Source: a bacterium (lineage in GTDB: Bacteria > UBA8248 > JACPRG01 > G963555815). From it: a stretch of DNA of 64,000 bases. Shown here piece by piece: positions 18,050 through 27,811 of the stretch (position 1 is its first letter; the number at the start of each line of letters is the position of its first letter). The notes beneath the pieces are model-generated. The model saw only the letters and a list, made by a program, of their open reading frames with translations. It was not told the DNA's origin and did not search any database. The translations under genes and the position numbers were made by a program. The stretch covers positions 512,001 through 576,000 of the forward strand of contig OZ244653.1 of the NCBI GenBank assembly GCA_965218795.1. The letters run 5' to 3'.

Positions 18050-19051
18050 TCAGAGCAGACAGCAGTTGCGCTTGCGCCAGAGCAGGTAGCCGAAGCTCTC
18101 GCCCGCCACGGGCAGCTCGCGCAGCGCTTCCCAGATCACCGAGGATCGGCCCGTGGGGTTGCAGCCCGTGAGGGGCGAGGTGGCCGGGACCGGCTGGGTC
18201 ATCTGCCAGCGGTACTGGGACTTCTTCATGATCGGCATGGGGTAGCGCCCGCAGAGCGCCGCCGTCCCCGAGGTCCCCCAGGCGAGCAGTAGCCGGTGAA
18301 GACGGAACACGAGCCGCCCGGCCGCGAGGAGCGAGGCCTGGACCCCGCCCACGTGGGCGGCCACGTTGCCGGTCAAGGGATACATTCCCCCCTGGCAGCC
18401 CGCGCACCAGAACAGCGGATCCAGCGGCAGGCCCGCCGAGGCGGCGGCGCAATCGGCCGCGCAGGCCGCCTGGGCCGGCAGGTCCGCGAACAGCGCGGCT
18501 TCCGGGTTCAACAGGAAGGACAGCTCGTCGTCGAGCCAGGCGGGGTCGAGCTCGGAGACCCAGGCGATGTCGAGCCCCCCGCTTTCGAGGCAGCCGATGT
18601 CGAGCAGGGCCCCGATCCAGGAGAGAAGGGGATAGGCGTAGTCATGGACGTGCCACACGGAGCCCGAGGCGCCGTCGCCACCCGAGGATCCGGTGCGTCC
18701 GCGCCCTGCTGGCAGGCCCGGGTCTATGGTCATGCCCCCGAGGTTGGGGAAGCACCAGGGCGCGCGGCTGACGTCGATCAGCCGCGCCGGCTCCCACAAG
18801 CCCAGGGAGAGCCCGATCCGGGGGATCGGCTTGCCGCAGAGGCAGATCGGCGATCCCGGATTGGGCGTGTCCGGCGCGCCCGCAGCGCCGCCCATGCGGA
18901 TCGGCCCGATCGAGATCGGCAAAAGGCACTCCCAGCACACGTCCGTGACGGGGTTCACGAAACGCCCGGTGCAGGACTGGGCGGATGCGGTCCCCGTGGA
19001 CAGGACTCCGGCGAGGACCAGCGCCGCGCAGACGGTCTCCAGGGATCTCAT
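18050..19051 (-). CDS. traU: TraU
   Basis: CTGRFVNPVTDVCWECLLPISIG, WEPARLIDV, LWRKRNCC. Confidence 0.95.
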   Translation of the reverse strand: MRSLETVCAALVLAGVLSTGTASAQSCTGRFVNPVTDVCWECLLPISIGPIRMGGAAGAPDTPNPGSPICLCGKPIPRIGLSLGLWEPARLIDVSRAPWCFPNLGGMTIDPGLPAGRGRTGSSGGDGASGSVWHVHDYAYPLLSWIGALLDIGCLESGGLDIAWVSELDPAWLDDELSFLLNPEAALFADLPAQAACAADCAAASAGLPLDPLFWCAGCQGGMYPLTGNVAAHVGGVQASLLAAGRLVFRLHRLLLAWGTSGTAALCGRYPMPIMKKSQYRWQMTQPVPATSPLTGCNPTGRSSVIWEALRELPVAGESFGYLLWRKRNCCLL

Positions 19052-19719
19052 GGATGGTCTCCGGCGGTCGCGGGATTGGCTTCGTCCCTGAGCGGCACTT
19101 CCGTGATCCGGAGCATGGATCCCACGACCTCGACCAGGGACGGGGTGGCGCGGAGCCCGAACCGTTTCGAGAGCCGGCCGTTCTGGTCGAAGAAGAAGCG
19201 CCGTTCGTGGGCGCGCATCAGGTCCAGCGGACGGCCGGCCAGGAGCACGATCCTCGCGCGTCGTTCGTGGCCGAGGGCCCAGGCCACCTCGGTCGGCCGC
19301 GAGCCGTCGATGAATAGCAGGTCCCGGGTCAGCGGGTACACCTCGAGGGGGTTGATCCGAGCGCCTTGGGCCGCGATCAGGGTTCCGTCGTCCGCCCGGA
19401 TATCCCGATCGACCGTGATGGAAGGATCGAACAGCCGGGTGCGACGGACGCGCGCGGGCCCGATGCCCTCGACGCGTCCGGGCCCCTCGATGCGTTCCCG
19501 GGCCCGGTCCAGGGCCTCGCGGCGCATGCGGGCCAGCTCGCCCGAGGCCTCAAGCGCTCCAAGCCGGGCCTCGATCCGTTCGAGCAGGTCGGGCTCGGCG
19601 ACCGGCCACACCGCGCCGCGCACGCCGAGGTCCTTTGCGGGAGCGGGCAGCGCCGTAAGCGTCAGCGCGTAGGCAATCGCGACGAGACGGAAACGGGGCA
19701 GGAGAACACGCCGCGTCAT
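19048..19719 (-). CDS. traW: TraW
   Basis: KDLGVRGAVWPVAEPDLL, FDPSITV, FFFDQNGRL. Confidence 0.93.
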   Translation of the reverse strand: MTRRVLLPRFRLVAIAYALTLTALPAPAKDLGVRGAVWPVAEPDLLERIEARLGALEASGELARMRREALDRARERIEGPGRVEGIGPARVRRTRLFDPSITVDRDIRADDGTLIAAQGARINPLEVYPLTRDLLFIDGSRPTEVAWALGHERRARIVLLAGRPLDLMRAHERRFFFDQNGRLSKRFGLRATPSLVEVVGSMLRITEVPLRDEANPATAGDHP

Positions 19720-20291
19720 GGCCGCCCCTCCTCAGGTTTTGCGAGCGGTCCCTTGAGCCCGATCCAGGGAATGTCGGGCAGGGCCCAGGTCCGGCCACGG
19801 ATGCGCTCCCGCGGGATGAGCCCGATCTCCGCGTAGCGGCTGTCATGGCTGTCCATGTGATCGGCGTGGACGTAGTAGCGGCCCGGCGGGATCACGCCCG
19901 GCCGGGCCGTGTCCAGCGCGCGCCCGTCGAGCGCATGCGTCTTGGCAATCCCGAGGACCGCGCCGTTCACCGAGACACGGCGTTCCCTGTCCACCTCCAC
20001 CCGGTCTCCGGGCAGGCCGCGCACGGTCTTGAGGTAGGGGATCGCCGAACCCGTCGCCTCGGGCGGGTCGAACAGGATTGCGTCGCCTTGTTGGGGCTCG
20101 CCCACGAGGGGCAGCACGAAATACCCCCAGGCCCCGTCGGACCAGCTCGCGTTCACGTAGACGCGCGAGGCCGCGACGAGCCACAGCCCGGCCAGCGCGA
20201 CCGCCCAGAGCAGGATCCTGCGGCCCCGTCCGGTTCGTTCGGGCGCTCTCCGTCCGGGCGCACGCGGCAAGGCGTGCAGGTTCTCCCTCAT
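19716..20291 (-). CDS. trhF: S26-family pilin-processing signal peptidase (TrhF type)
   Basis: TM segment then NASWS, YLKTVRGLPGD, DSHDSRYAEIGLI; ATG 20291 overlaps trbI stop. Confidence 0.85.
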   Translation of the reverse strand: MRENLHALPRAPGRRAPERTGRGRRILLWAVALAGLWLVAASRVYVNASWSDGAWGYFVLPLVGEPQQGDAILFDPPEATGSAIPYLKTVRGLPGDRVEVDRERRVSVNGAVLGIAKTHALDGRALDTARPGVIPPGRYYVHADHMDSHDSRYAEIGLIPRERIRGRTWALPDIPWIGLKGPLAKPEEGRP

Positions 20292-20668
20292 TGTGTTTCC
20301 TCCGGGTTCGTCGGGGGATGGGTTTTGGACGAGGCCGCCCGGATCGCCGCCTTGATCTCGGCGGTGAGGTCCGGCGCCCCGGCCGCGACCGCCCTTGCCG
20401 GCAGCAGCACCGCGCGGTGACGCGCCGCCGTCCGGACGAGCGCCTCTTCGAGCCGATGCGCCCAGCCGCGGACAGCTTTTGCGGCCTCCTCTTGGTCTCC
20501 TTGTTCCCGGGCGGCCTTGGCCATGTAGTCCGCCGTGAGCTCGGCAAGCCGGACGCTCGCGATGCGCGGGACCCTCTCCAGGGTGATGCGCGCCGTGACG
20601 GCCGAGACCGCCGCGGCCACCCCGGCACTCAGCAGAAGCGCGGCGGCCAACGCCGTGGGCCCGCTCAT
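20288..20668 (-). CDS. trbI: TrbI-like F-type protein
   Basis: N-terminal TM, VLLPARAVAAGAPDLT motif; ATGA overlaps at both ends. Confidence 0.75.
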   Translation of the reverse strand: MSGPTALAAALLLSAGVAAAVSAVTARITLERVPRIASVRLAELTADYMAKAAREQGDQEEAAKAVRGWAHRLEEALVRTAARHRAVLLPARAVAAGAPDLTAEIKAAIRAASSKTHPPTNPEETQ

Positions 20669-21417
20669 GACCCAGTCCGTTCCGGCGCCGTCTGTATGTG
20701 CGTGGCATGTGGTTCCTCCGGTGGGGTGGGGTCGTGCGTGCCGCGGGACTCCCCCTGGGCGGACGCGATGGGGCCCCGTCCCGCGCCCTCCTGCCCCTTC
20801 AGGGCCCGGAAGCGGTCCAGCCAGAGCCTGGCCGCCCGATCCGGATCCACGGTCCGGATGCGGCGCTTGAGGGGCGGGAAGGCGATCGCGGAAGCCGCGT
20901 CGTCGCGTGCTCCCGGCAGGTCCCGGTCCTCCGCGGCCTCGGCCATGCGTGCCACGAAACGCAGCAGTTCCGCCTGCTCCGGAGAGGGCTCCGCGTCGAG
21001 CCCGGCCGACTCGCGCACGGCCCGGTCCACGATCCCGCCGAGCCGCTTCCACCGCTCCGCCCCGCGCTGTGAGGAAGCGGCCTCGGGTCCCAGCCACGCG
21101 ACGCTAGCGTCGGCGAGAAGCGCATGGAGGGCCGCCTCCCGGCGGTCCCCAGGTCCTTCGAGGGCCTCGATCTCCTCGCTCATCAGCACCCCGTGGGCGG
21201 CCAGCGAGTGGAACCGTCTGAGCCGGCCGCCCCGGCGGCAAGTGTTGGCCAGCACGTGGGCCAGGGCCTCGAAGTCCACGACGTCCGGCGTCAGCCCCTC
21301 GGGGTCCCCCGGCCAGACGAGGGGCCGATCTCCGGGTCCGGGCTCCTCCGCCCGGGCCGCGGTCCGTTTGGGGGATGTGGCGCTCAATGGGGCCCGCCTG
21401 TTCCTGTCCTTGCTCAT
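20665..21417 (-). CDS. YfbR-like HD-domain protein with degenerate HD motif
   Basis: AAGGAG RBS; LAHVLANTCR.GG...HSLAAHG...ALLADAS.AWLG versus family pattern IAH.L...CRF.G..YSVAQHS..LLHDA.EAY.GD. Confidence 0.65.
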   Translation of the reverse strand: MSKDRNRRAPLSATSPKRTAARAEEPGPGDRPLVWPGDPEGLTPDVVDFEALAHVLANTCRRGGRLRRFHSLAAHGVLMSEEIEALEGPGDRREAALHALLADASVAWLGPEAASSQRGAERWKRLGGIVDRAVRESAGLDAEPSPEQAELLRFVARMAEAAEDRDLPGARDDAASAIAFPPLKRRIRTVDPDRAARLWLDRFRALKGQEGAGRGPIASAQGESRGTHDPTPPEEPHATHIQTAPERTGS

Positions 21418-21454
21418 GTGTGTCTCCTTCTCGTTCTTGAGGTATGAAGAACCG

Positions 21455-23989
21455 TCACGGCGCATCGTTCCCGGGGCCCGCTGCCTCCCCGGGCAGGCCG
21501 CTCTCCGCGATGCGGTCGATAGCCTGCTCGGTGGTGAGGCCTTCGTCCTTCAGTTTTTCGACCGCGGCGAAGGCGGGTCCGCGCGAGGAGTAGAGGGCTA
21601 CCGACCATGGGTCCAGGGCGAGGCGCGCCACGCGCCAGCCGTCCGGGCCGTGCAGCACCAGCTCGGCATGGCGCCCGTCCACGGTGGCCAGGCTCTTGAG
21701 GGCCCGCTCCATGCCCGGATCGCAGTGGATGCGCTTTTCCTGCTTGAGGAGCTCGACCGACTCGTCCTTCTGGGCCAGGAAGATCGTCCAGTCCGCGTTG
21801 TCCCAGGCCGCCCGGGCCGCGGGGTTGGCGTAGTAGTCGTTGACGCTCTGGGTGCCGGTGACCAGCGCGCCCCGGTACTTGCGCGCCCGCCTGGCCGCGC
21901 CCTCGAGGAAGGCCCGGCTGTCCTCGCCCGACAGAAGGTCCCAGGCCTCGTCGATGACGATCGCCTTTGGCCGGGTTCTGGGGCCGTGATACATGCGCTG
22001 GGTGGCGAGGAAGACCACCAGCATGAGCACCACGCCCTGGACGTCGCCCCGGCCCTTGAGCTCGGCGAGCTCGAACACGGTGACCGCGGCGTCCAGGGTC
22101 GGCGTCTCGGCTCCCTCGAAGAGCCGCCCGAGCGCGCCGCCCGGCCGCCACGGTCCGAGGGCCAGGGCCATGTCGGACGCCCTTCGGTCGCCCGCTTCCT
22201 CCAGCCGGCGCTGCACGGTCCCGAGATCGGCGTTGTTGCCGGCCTCTTCCCAGGCGCGCGCGATGGCCTCGTCGATCAGCGCCGCCTCGATGTCGTCGAT
22301 GCGCCCGCGCCGCCGGCACATGCGCCCGACCACGGCGGCCAGCATGGAAAAGCATTCCTCGCGGTAATCGCCGTCCCGGGCCGCCACGTCCGCGTCGATC
22401 ATGGCGAAGGGGTTGAGCCTCGCCGGGTCCTTGCCGAAGGCGATGAAGGCGCCGCCCAGGGCCTCGGCCGTGTGCTGGAAGGAACGCCCGTCGTCGATCA
22501 CCACGGCCTCGCCGCCCGCGCCCGCGATGCCCGCGACCAGCTCCTGCATCAGGACCGACTTGCCCGAGCCGGACTTGCCGGTCACGGCCACGTTGTAGTT
22601 CCCGGCCTCGTTGGCGAAGGGGGACCAGCACGCGGGCTGGCCCCGCCTCCCGATCAGGAGCAGCGCCGGCGGCGCATCGGGCGACGCCCCCTGGCCTCGC
22701 CATTCGCCGTGCACCGGCGCGAGATTGACGGCCGAGGAGGTGAGCAGGGTCTTCATCCGGCCCATGCGGGCGAGGTCCGCGTCGAGCCCGCCCGCCGGAA
22801 CCATGGGCAGGCAGGCGAGCCAGGCCGGCAGATGGGCGTAGCGCTCGGCGCCCAGGCGCCAGCCCTGGCCGTGATAGATGGCCCGCACCGCCTGCTCGGC
22901 CTCGTCGATGGCGTCGAGGGGCGCGTAGACCGCGATCGTGTAGCAGGCCTTGACCAGCCGCTCCCCGTCCTTGAGCCGCTCGGTGACGAAGCGCCAGTCC
23001 CGGGCCTTCTCGGGCAGGCCCGGCAGGTAGCGCGCGATCCCCGTTCCCGCCTGCTGCGTGGCCCGGGCGGACTTGAGGAAGGCGCGCTCGCCGTCGGCCG
23101 CGTCGCCCATCGCGACGGTAAGCGTGGTCAGGACCGGGGCGCCCGGCTGCAAAAAGTCCCGGTGGAAGTCTCCGATCAGGGCGTTGCCGCGCCAGCCGGG
23201 CCAAACCTCGGGGAAGGCCCGGGCCGAGAGCACGCGCACCGCCACGTCCGTTCCGTCCGGGTGAAGGAAGACCAGGCCCGCGGGCGCGACGGTCAGGGCC
23301 CGGCCCGGCGCCGCGCACTGAAGATGAATGGGGTCTCTGGGCGACCAGCGCCTTAGGGGCCGGTCCAGCCCGCCGTCATGCTCTCCCGCCAGGTCGGGGG
23401 CCGCGAGCTCCGAGGCGAGGGACAGCAGAACGTCCGGCTCGACCCGCCGCGCCTCCGCCCCGGCCGAGGCGAGGGTGCCTTCCAAGGCCCGTCGGAAGCC
23501 CCCGAGGGCGGTCTCGGCCGCCGGTCCGGCCGGGCCCGCCAGGCAGGCCGCGAGGAACACCCGGCAGTCGTTCAGGGTAAAGGGCGGTCCGCCCGCATGG
23601 AGGGGGCGCCATCCGGCATGGGCGAACAGGGCCCCGCGCCGTTCGGCCATCCCCGCCTGTACCCCGCTCGTCAGGCGCCGGGGTTCGGCCCAGCTCCCGA
23701 TCGCCGCCCCGTAGCGCGGGCTCGTCCAATGGATGATCTGCACCACCGCGCGCTCGGGCGCGGCGTCGGCGAGCGTGCCGGCCAGCGCGCCCAGGGTCTC
23801 CTCGTCGATCCCCACGAAGGGCGGCAGCTCCAACAGGAAGCCGCAGCTCGCGGCGTTGATGTAGAGCTCGCTCCCTTCGTCCCAGGCCCGCCAGGGCAGG
23901 AGGCCGGCGAGGGGCGCCGGCAGGGCCGGAAGGGTCCAGGGCTGAAGCGCGTCCGGTCCCCTGAGCAGGTCCTTGAGGCGCTGGATCAC
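21455..23989 (-). CDS. traC: VirB4-family conjugation ATPase TraC
   Basis: GNYNVAVTGKSGSGKS, IDDGRSF, IDEAWDLL, RRARKYRG; GTGA overlap with traV. Confidence 0.95.
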   Translation of the reverse strand: MIQRLKDLLRGPDALQPWTLPALPAPLAGLLPWRAWDEGSELYINAASCGFLLELPPFVGIDEETLGALAGTLADAAPERAVVQIIHWTSPRYGAAIGSWAEPRRLTSGVQAGMAERRGALFAHAGWRPLHAGGPPFTLNDCRVFLAACLAGPAGPAAETALGGFRRALEGTLASAGAEARRVEPDVLLSLASELAAPDLAGEHDGGLDRPLRRWSPRDPIHLQCAAPGRALTVAPAGLVFLHPDGTDVAVRVLSARAFPEVWPGWRGNALIGDFHRDFLQPGAPVLTTLTVAMGDAADGERAFLKSARATQQAGTGIARYLPGLPEKARDWRFVTERLKDGERLVKACYTIAVYAPLDAIDEAEQAVRAIYHGQGWRLGAERYAHLPAWLACLPMVPAGGLDADLARMGRMKTLLTSSAVNLAPVHGEWRGQGASPDAPPALLLIGRRGQPACWSPFANEAGNYNVAVTGKSGSGKSVLMQELVAGIAGAGGEAVVIDDGRSFQHTAEALGGAFIAFGKDPARLNPFAMIDADVAARDGDYREECFSMLAAVVGRMCRRRGRIDDIEAALIDEAIARAWEEAGNNADLGTVQRRLEEAGDRRASDMALALGPWRPGGALGRLFEGAETPTLDAAVTVFELAELKGRGDVQGVVLMLVVFLATQRMYHGPRTRPKAIVIDEAWDLLSGEDSRAFLEGAARRARKYRGALVTGTQSVNDYYANPAARAAWDNADWTIFLAQKDESVELLKQEKRIHCDPGMERALKSLATVDGRHAELVLHGPDGWRVARLALDPWSVALYSSRGPAFAAVEKLKDEGLTTEQAIDRIAESGLPGEAAGPGNDAP

Positions 23990-24618
23990 GGCAGCCTCCA
24001 GCGCGCCGGCTCCAGGACCGTGCGCACCCAGTGGGCCTCGCGAAAGACCCCGTCGGCGTCCACGAAGGGGGCGATCCATATCCGCGCGATCCTCTCCTTT
24101 GTGCGCAGGGCCTTCACGCCCGGGCCGTCACCGGCCGCATCCGTGGTTCCTTGGGTTGGCGGAACGGGTTTTGGTTCGGCAGGGGCTGCGGCAGTTGGAC
24201 GCTCCGCGTCCGTGGACTCCTCTGTGACGGCGTCTCGGTCCCATAAGGTCCGGAACCATGTCGCGAGCCAGGCCATGGGATCGCAGCCTTTGGCGCAGGG
24301 GGTGTCGTCACTCGGCCTTGTCGCCGGGGCGCCCGACCCTTGGGCACCGTCGGTATTTGCCTGGTAAAGGGGCGTCCGGGTGGCAAGGCCCTGGGTTTTC
24401 CCCGGGGTCCGGACGGCCGGATCGGTGTCCGCCACGCTCGTGCAGGCCGCGCCCTGGGCCACGGGGCACTGCCAGGAGTCGCCCACGTGGGTCGCCGCGC
24501 AGCCGCCCAGGACCAGGGCCGCCGCGAGGATCGCTGGGACCACAGGCAGGAAGGACAAGACCGTCCGGCTTTTTCCAATTCGTTGATGGATCCTCGATTG
24601 GGTGGATTGGGTTCTCAT
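23986..24618 (-). CDS. traV: Lipoprotein TraV
   Basis: Lipobox LGGC, WQCPVAQGAACTSV, RIWIAPFVDADG. Confidence 0.9.
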   Translation of the reverse strand: MRTQSTQSRIHQRIGKSRTVLSFLPVVPAILAAALVLGGCAATHVGDSWQCPVAQGAACTSVADTDPAVRTPGKTQGLATRTPLYQANTDGAQGSGAPATRPSDDTPCAKGCDPMAWLATWFRTLWDRDAVTEESTDAERPTAAAPAEPKPVPPTQGTTDAAGDGPGVKALRTKERIARIWIAPFVDADGVFREAHWVRTVLEPARWRLP

Positions 24619-25868
24619 TGGCCTCCTCTTTTCTTGTCCTTGCGCCCGTCGAGCCAGGCGCCCTCGATGAACACCACGGTCACCCGCGTGCCCGTCTGGA
24701 GCTGAATCACCGGCTGGTACTGCTCGGCCCGGCGGATCAGGTAGTCGGCCACCCGGCGGCCCGCCGATCCGGCGCCCGCGCCGATCCCGGCCTGGCCGAG
24801 CGTGGCCAGGCTCGACAGGTTCACGGTCCCGTCCGAGCCGGTCGCCCTGGCCGGGGCCTGCAGCAGGTTGGCGGCGGTCTCGCCCACGCCCGAGATGAGG
24901 CCCGCGAGGAACGCCTTCTCGACCAGGGCCCCCTCGCGGCTCACCACCGGGCCCCGGACGCCCGCCTTGCCGCTCCCGGCCACGAAGCCCGCGACCTGGG
25001 TCTCGGTCACGGTCCCCCGGGCGGGCCCGGCGCAGGTCAGGGTCCTCAGACGGACGTAGACCTTCTCGGAGGAGAGGTCCCCGTAGCCGGCGCCGGTCAG
25101 CGTGCATCCCGCCACGTCCGCCTCGAGCGCCTGGCCTCCCTCGGCCGCGCTCCGGGCAGGACCGGTCAGCCGCAGCAGCACCGGGCGCGGCTCGCCCTGG
25201 GAGGCGACGCCCGCCGAGGCGTCCACGCCGGCCAGCACCACGGCGTCCGCATAAGAACCCGCCGGCAGCCAGGACCTGACGGCACGGGGTCCCGGAGAGG
25301 CGGCGCCCTTGACCGCCGGAACCGCATCGCCTTCGAACACCTGGATCATGGGCACGGCCGGTGCGCCCCCCGGGGCCTCGGAGGCTCTCTTACCGGGAGG
25401 GGGTTGGCTCGAACCCGCGCGGGTGAAATCATTCGCGCCCGCGGCGGTCCGGTCCTCGGGACCCGACCCAGCCGTCCGGGCTTCGAGGCGACCGCGCAAC
25501 TCCTCGATGGCCGCGGCCTGTTGGTCGATCACCGCCCGGCCGTCCTCGGCGCCGCGCGCGAGGCGCTCTCTGAGCTTTGCGTTCTCCTGATCGGTCCGGC
25601 GGCTTCGCGTCTCCATGTCCCGGATCCGCGTCTCCAGTTCGCCGATCCGCGCCTCCGAGCGGCGCACCCAGCTCACCTCCGCCGTATCCGGACCGGCCAG
25701 CTTTGCCCGGATCCCGCTTGACGGCGGCGAGCCTCCACCGCCGCCCGCCGAGAACCACACCGCGAATACGATCAGCAACGCCGCGGCCACGCCCGAGAAG
25801 AGCAGAACCTGTTGCTGACGAGTACGCCGGGCCTCCGGATCCATGGGAGCCTTGTCCGGGCCGCTCAT
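24615..25868 (-). CDS. traB: TraB (VirB10-like)
   Basis: TM plus coiled coil; LPAGSY..GVDA, GDLSSEKVYVR, RAEQYQPVI. Confidence 0.93.
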   Translation of the reverse strand: MSGPDKAPMDPEARRTRQQQVLLFSGVAAALLIVFAVWFSAGGGGGSPPSSGIRAKLAGPDTAEVSWVRRSEARIGELETRIRDMETRSRRTDQENAKLRERLARGAEDGRAVIDQQAAAIEELRGRLEARTAGSGPEDRTAAGANDFTRAGSSQPPPGKRASEAPGGAPAVPMIQVFEGDAVPAVKGAASPGPRAVRSWLPAGSYADAVVLAGVDASAGVASQGEPRPVLLRLTGPARSAAEGGQALEADVAGCTLTGAGYGDLSSEKVYVRLRTLTCAGPARGTVTETQVAGFVAGSGKAGVRGPVVSREGALVEKAFLAGLISGVGETAANLLQAPARATGSDGTVNLSSLATLGQAGIGAGAGSAGRRVADYLIRRAEQYQPVIQLQTGTRVTVVFIEGAWLDGRKDKKRGGQ

Positions 25869-26644
25869 TGCGCAGCCTCCATGGAACGGGTCCGGAAGGC
25901 GTCATGCACGGTCACCGCGAGCCGTCCGCCCGATGGGCCGGTCCCCGGCCCCGCCAGCCAGATCGCGGCCGCACCCGGCCCGAGACGGCCGGCCAGGGCC
26001 TCGGCTCCCAAATCGGAGCCTGCCTCCAGCACGCGCGCAATGAACCGGGGCCCCCGCCAGATCTCGATGATGGAAAGGTTTTCCTTGTCGTGTGTTCCCG
26101 AAGGCGTCTCGACCGCGTAGCCCGGAAGGGTCTCGCGCCGCGCCACCGCCCGGACCAGCGCCACCAGCGCGCCCACGCGTTCATCTCCCGGCCCTTGGAC
26201 GTCCGTTTTGGTCAGTGCGGCCGCGTTGCGGATCAGGATTTGCGCCGAGCCGCGCGAGGCCACCGTCAACGCCAGCCGGTAGGTGAAGCCCGCGGCCGTC
26301 CCGATGAAGAGCGTCACCGGCTCCCGGGGGGCTCTGGTGACGCTTGCGGGCCGCAGGTAGATGTCGCCGCGCGCCGCGTCGTGCTCGACATGGAAACCGT
26401 CCGGTCCGCGGATCACCCGTGCGATCCGGTCGCCCACCAGTGCGATGCGGCTCACCGCCCGGTCCGAGACCTCCGCTTTCAGCTCCGCGTGGTCCACGGC
26501 ATCCAGGATCTGCATCGCCGACGCCGGCATGCAGTGAAGAAGCGTTCCCAAAAGCAGCGCCGGGATGGACACATGGGTAAAGGTCGCCCCGGCCCCGGCT
26601 CGGCCTCGGCCTTTTGCACCCCTGGTTCTCTTCCCTTGCCTCAT
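25865..26644 (-). CDS. traK: Secretin-like TraK
   Basis: Signal peptide, SRIALVGDRI, GDIYLRP, PVTLFIGT..GFTYRL; between traE and traB. Confidence 0.85.
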   Translation of the reverse strand: MRQGKRTRGAKGRGRAGAGATFTHVSIPALLLGTLLHCMPASAMQILDAVDHAELKAEVSDRAVSRIALVGDRIARVIRGPDGFHVEHDAARGDIYLRPASVTRAPREPVTLFIGTAAGFTYRLALTVASRGSAQILIRNAAALTKTDVQGPGDERVGALVALVRAVARRETLPGYAVETPSGTHDKENLSIIEIWRGPRFIARVLEAGSDLGAEALAGRLGPGAAAIWLAGPGTGPSGGRLAVTVHDAFRTRSMEAAQ

Positions 26645-26646
26645 TC

Positions 26647-27198
26647 TCAGTCCTCCAGTTCTTCGAAACGCACCAGGCCGATCCGGCCGGCATCCACGCG
26701 GAAGGCCAGCCGGTACCGCTTGCGCTCGCGGGAGACCGGCTCGCGCCCGAGCCACGTGGCGAGCTCTCCGGTCACCAGGACCGTCAACCCCTTGGGGTCC
26801 GCCTCGACGCGGTCGGGATAGAAGGCGGTCGCCAGGTCCCGCCGCGCCATGCGCCCGGCCTCGGCCGCGACCCAGGCCCCGATCGCGCCCCGGGCCGAGG
26901 CGTGACTCAGCCGCGTTGCCGCCTCCCGCACGTGCTCCGCGTTCTCCGGCGTCAGCGTCAGCAGCGTCACCGCCACGGTCCGCCCAATGTCCTCCAGGTA
27001 TCGAAGCCCGGCCCGGCTGCTCCCGACCTCCCAGGCGGGCCCCGTGACCGCCGGGATCAGCACGGCCATGCGATCCACCGAGGCCAGACCGACGCTCAGG
27101 CCCAGATTGGCCAGGAGCGAGAGGCCCAGGAGCCCGGCCAGGGCCGCACGCCCGTCGCGCACCCGCCGCCGCTCCGCTTCCATGACGTCCCGTCTCAT
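26647..27198 (-). CDS. traE: TraE
   Basis: TM segment, LTLTPEN, TAFYP, GELATWLG; after traL. Confidence 0.88.
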   Translation of the reverse strand: MRRDVMEAERRRVRDGRAALAGLLGLSLLANLGLSVGLASVDRMAVLIPAVTGPAWEVGSSRAGLRYLEDIGRTVAVTLLTLTPENAEHVREAATRLSHASARGAIGAWVAAEAGRMARRDLATAFYPDRVEADPKGLTVLVTGELATWLGREPVSRERKRYRLAFRVDAGRIGLVRFEELED

Positions 27199-27208
27199 CG
27201 CGGTCTCC

Positions 27209-27502
27209 TCATCCGATGAAGCGGCGCACGTGGCTCGGAGGCGCGCCCTTGAGGCCCAGGGTGAAGGCGGGGAGGAACCAGTAGAGCGCGCAGATCGCCA
27301 CATCCGCCCCGCCGCCCCGCTTGGCCCGGCGCAGCAAGGCCCAGGCCCCGAGCCCGGCCACCAGCCCGGTCACGAAGGCGTTGGCGGCCAGCCCCAGGAC
27401 CGCAGGCCCCAGAAGCGCCGCCGCCTCGTCCAGGGTCCAGAACAGCCAGCGCTCGGGATCGTCCAGACGCGAGGGGATCGCGTGCCGGGCCGGGTCGCTC
27501 AT
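27209..27502 (-). CDS. traL: TraL
   Basis: IPSRLDDPERWLFWTLDE, LYWFLP, PPSHVRRFIG. Confidence 0.92.
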   Translation of the reverse strand: MSDPARHAIPSRLDDPERWLFWTLDEAAALLGPAVLGLAANAFVTGLVAGLGAWALLRRAKRGGGADVAICALYWFLPAFTLGLKGAPPSHVRRFIG

Positions 27503-27514
27503 CGTCCGCCCCCC

Positions 27515-27811
27515 TCATACGATCGCCGTGCCGACAAGGCCGGTGACGATGCCCGTGCCGGCCCCGGCTGCGATGCCCACGCCGACCGCGCCCATCAGCT
27601 GCGTGGCGTTGAAGCGCAGGACCGAGCCGACCAGCGCGGCGCCCACCGCCAGCGCGGCCGCGAGCTGCCCGCCCGTGCCCGAGACGATGTCGGTCACCGT
27701 GCCGAGCGGACTCGAGAAGGTCGTGTCCGTCGAGGCCCAGGCCGCCTCCAGGCTCCCCAGCGTCAACACGAGCGCCGGGACCATCCGTTTTGTCAGAACA
27801 AGCGTTCTCAT
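27515..27811 (-). CDS. traA: Conjugative pilin (TraA-like)
   Basis: 98 aa with signal peptide and two Gly/Ala-rich hydrophobic helices; first tra gene; ATGA overlap upstream. Confidence 0.75.
   Translation of the reverse strand: MRTLVLTKRMVPALVLTLGSLEAAWASTDTTFSSPLGTVTDIVSGTGGQLAAALAVGAALVGSVLRFNATQLMGAVGVGIAAGAGTGIVTGLVGTAIV

Noticed and set aside
20078-23356. 1092 aa plus-strand ORF
   Set aside because: Antisense shadow of traC and neighbours in GC-rich DNA; no recognisable motifs
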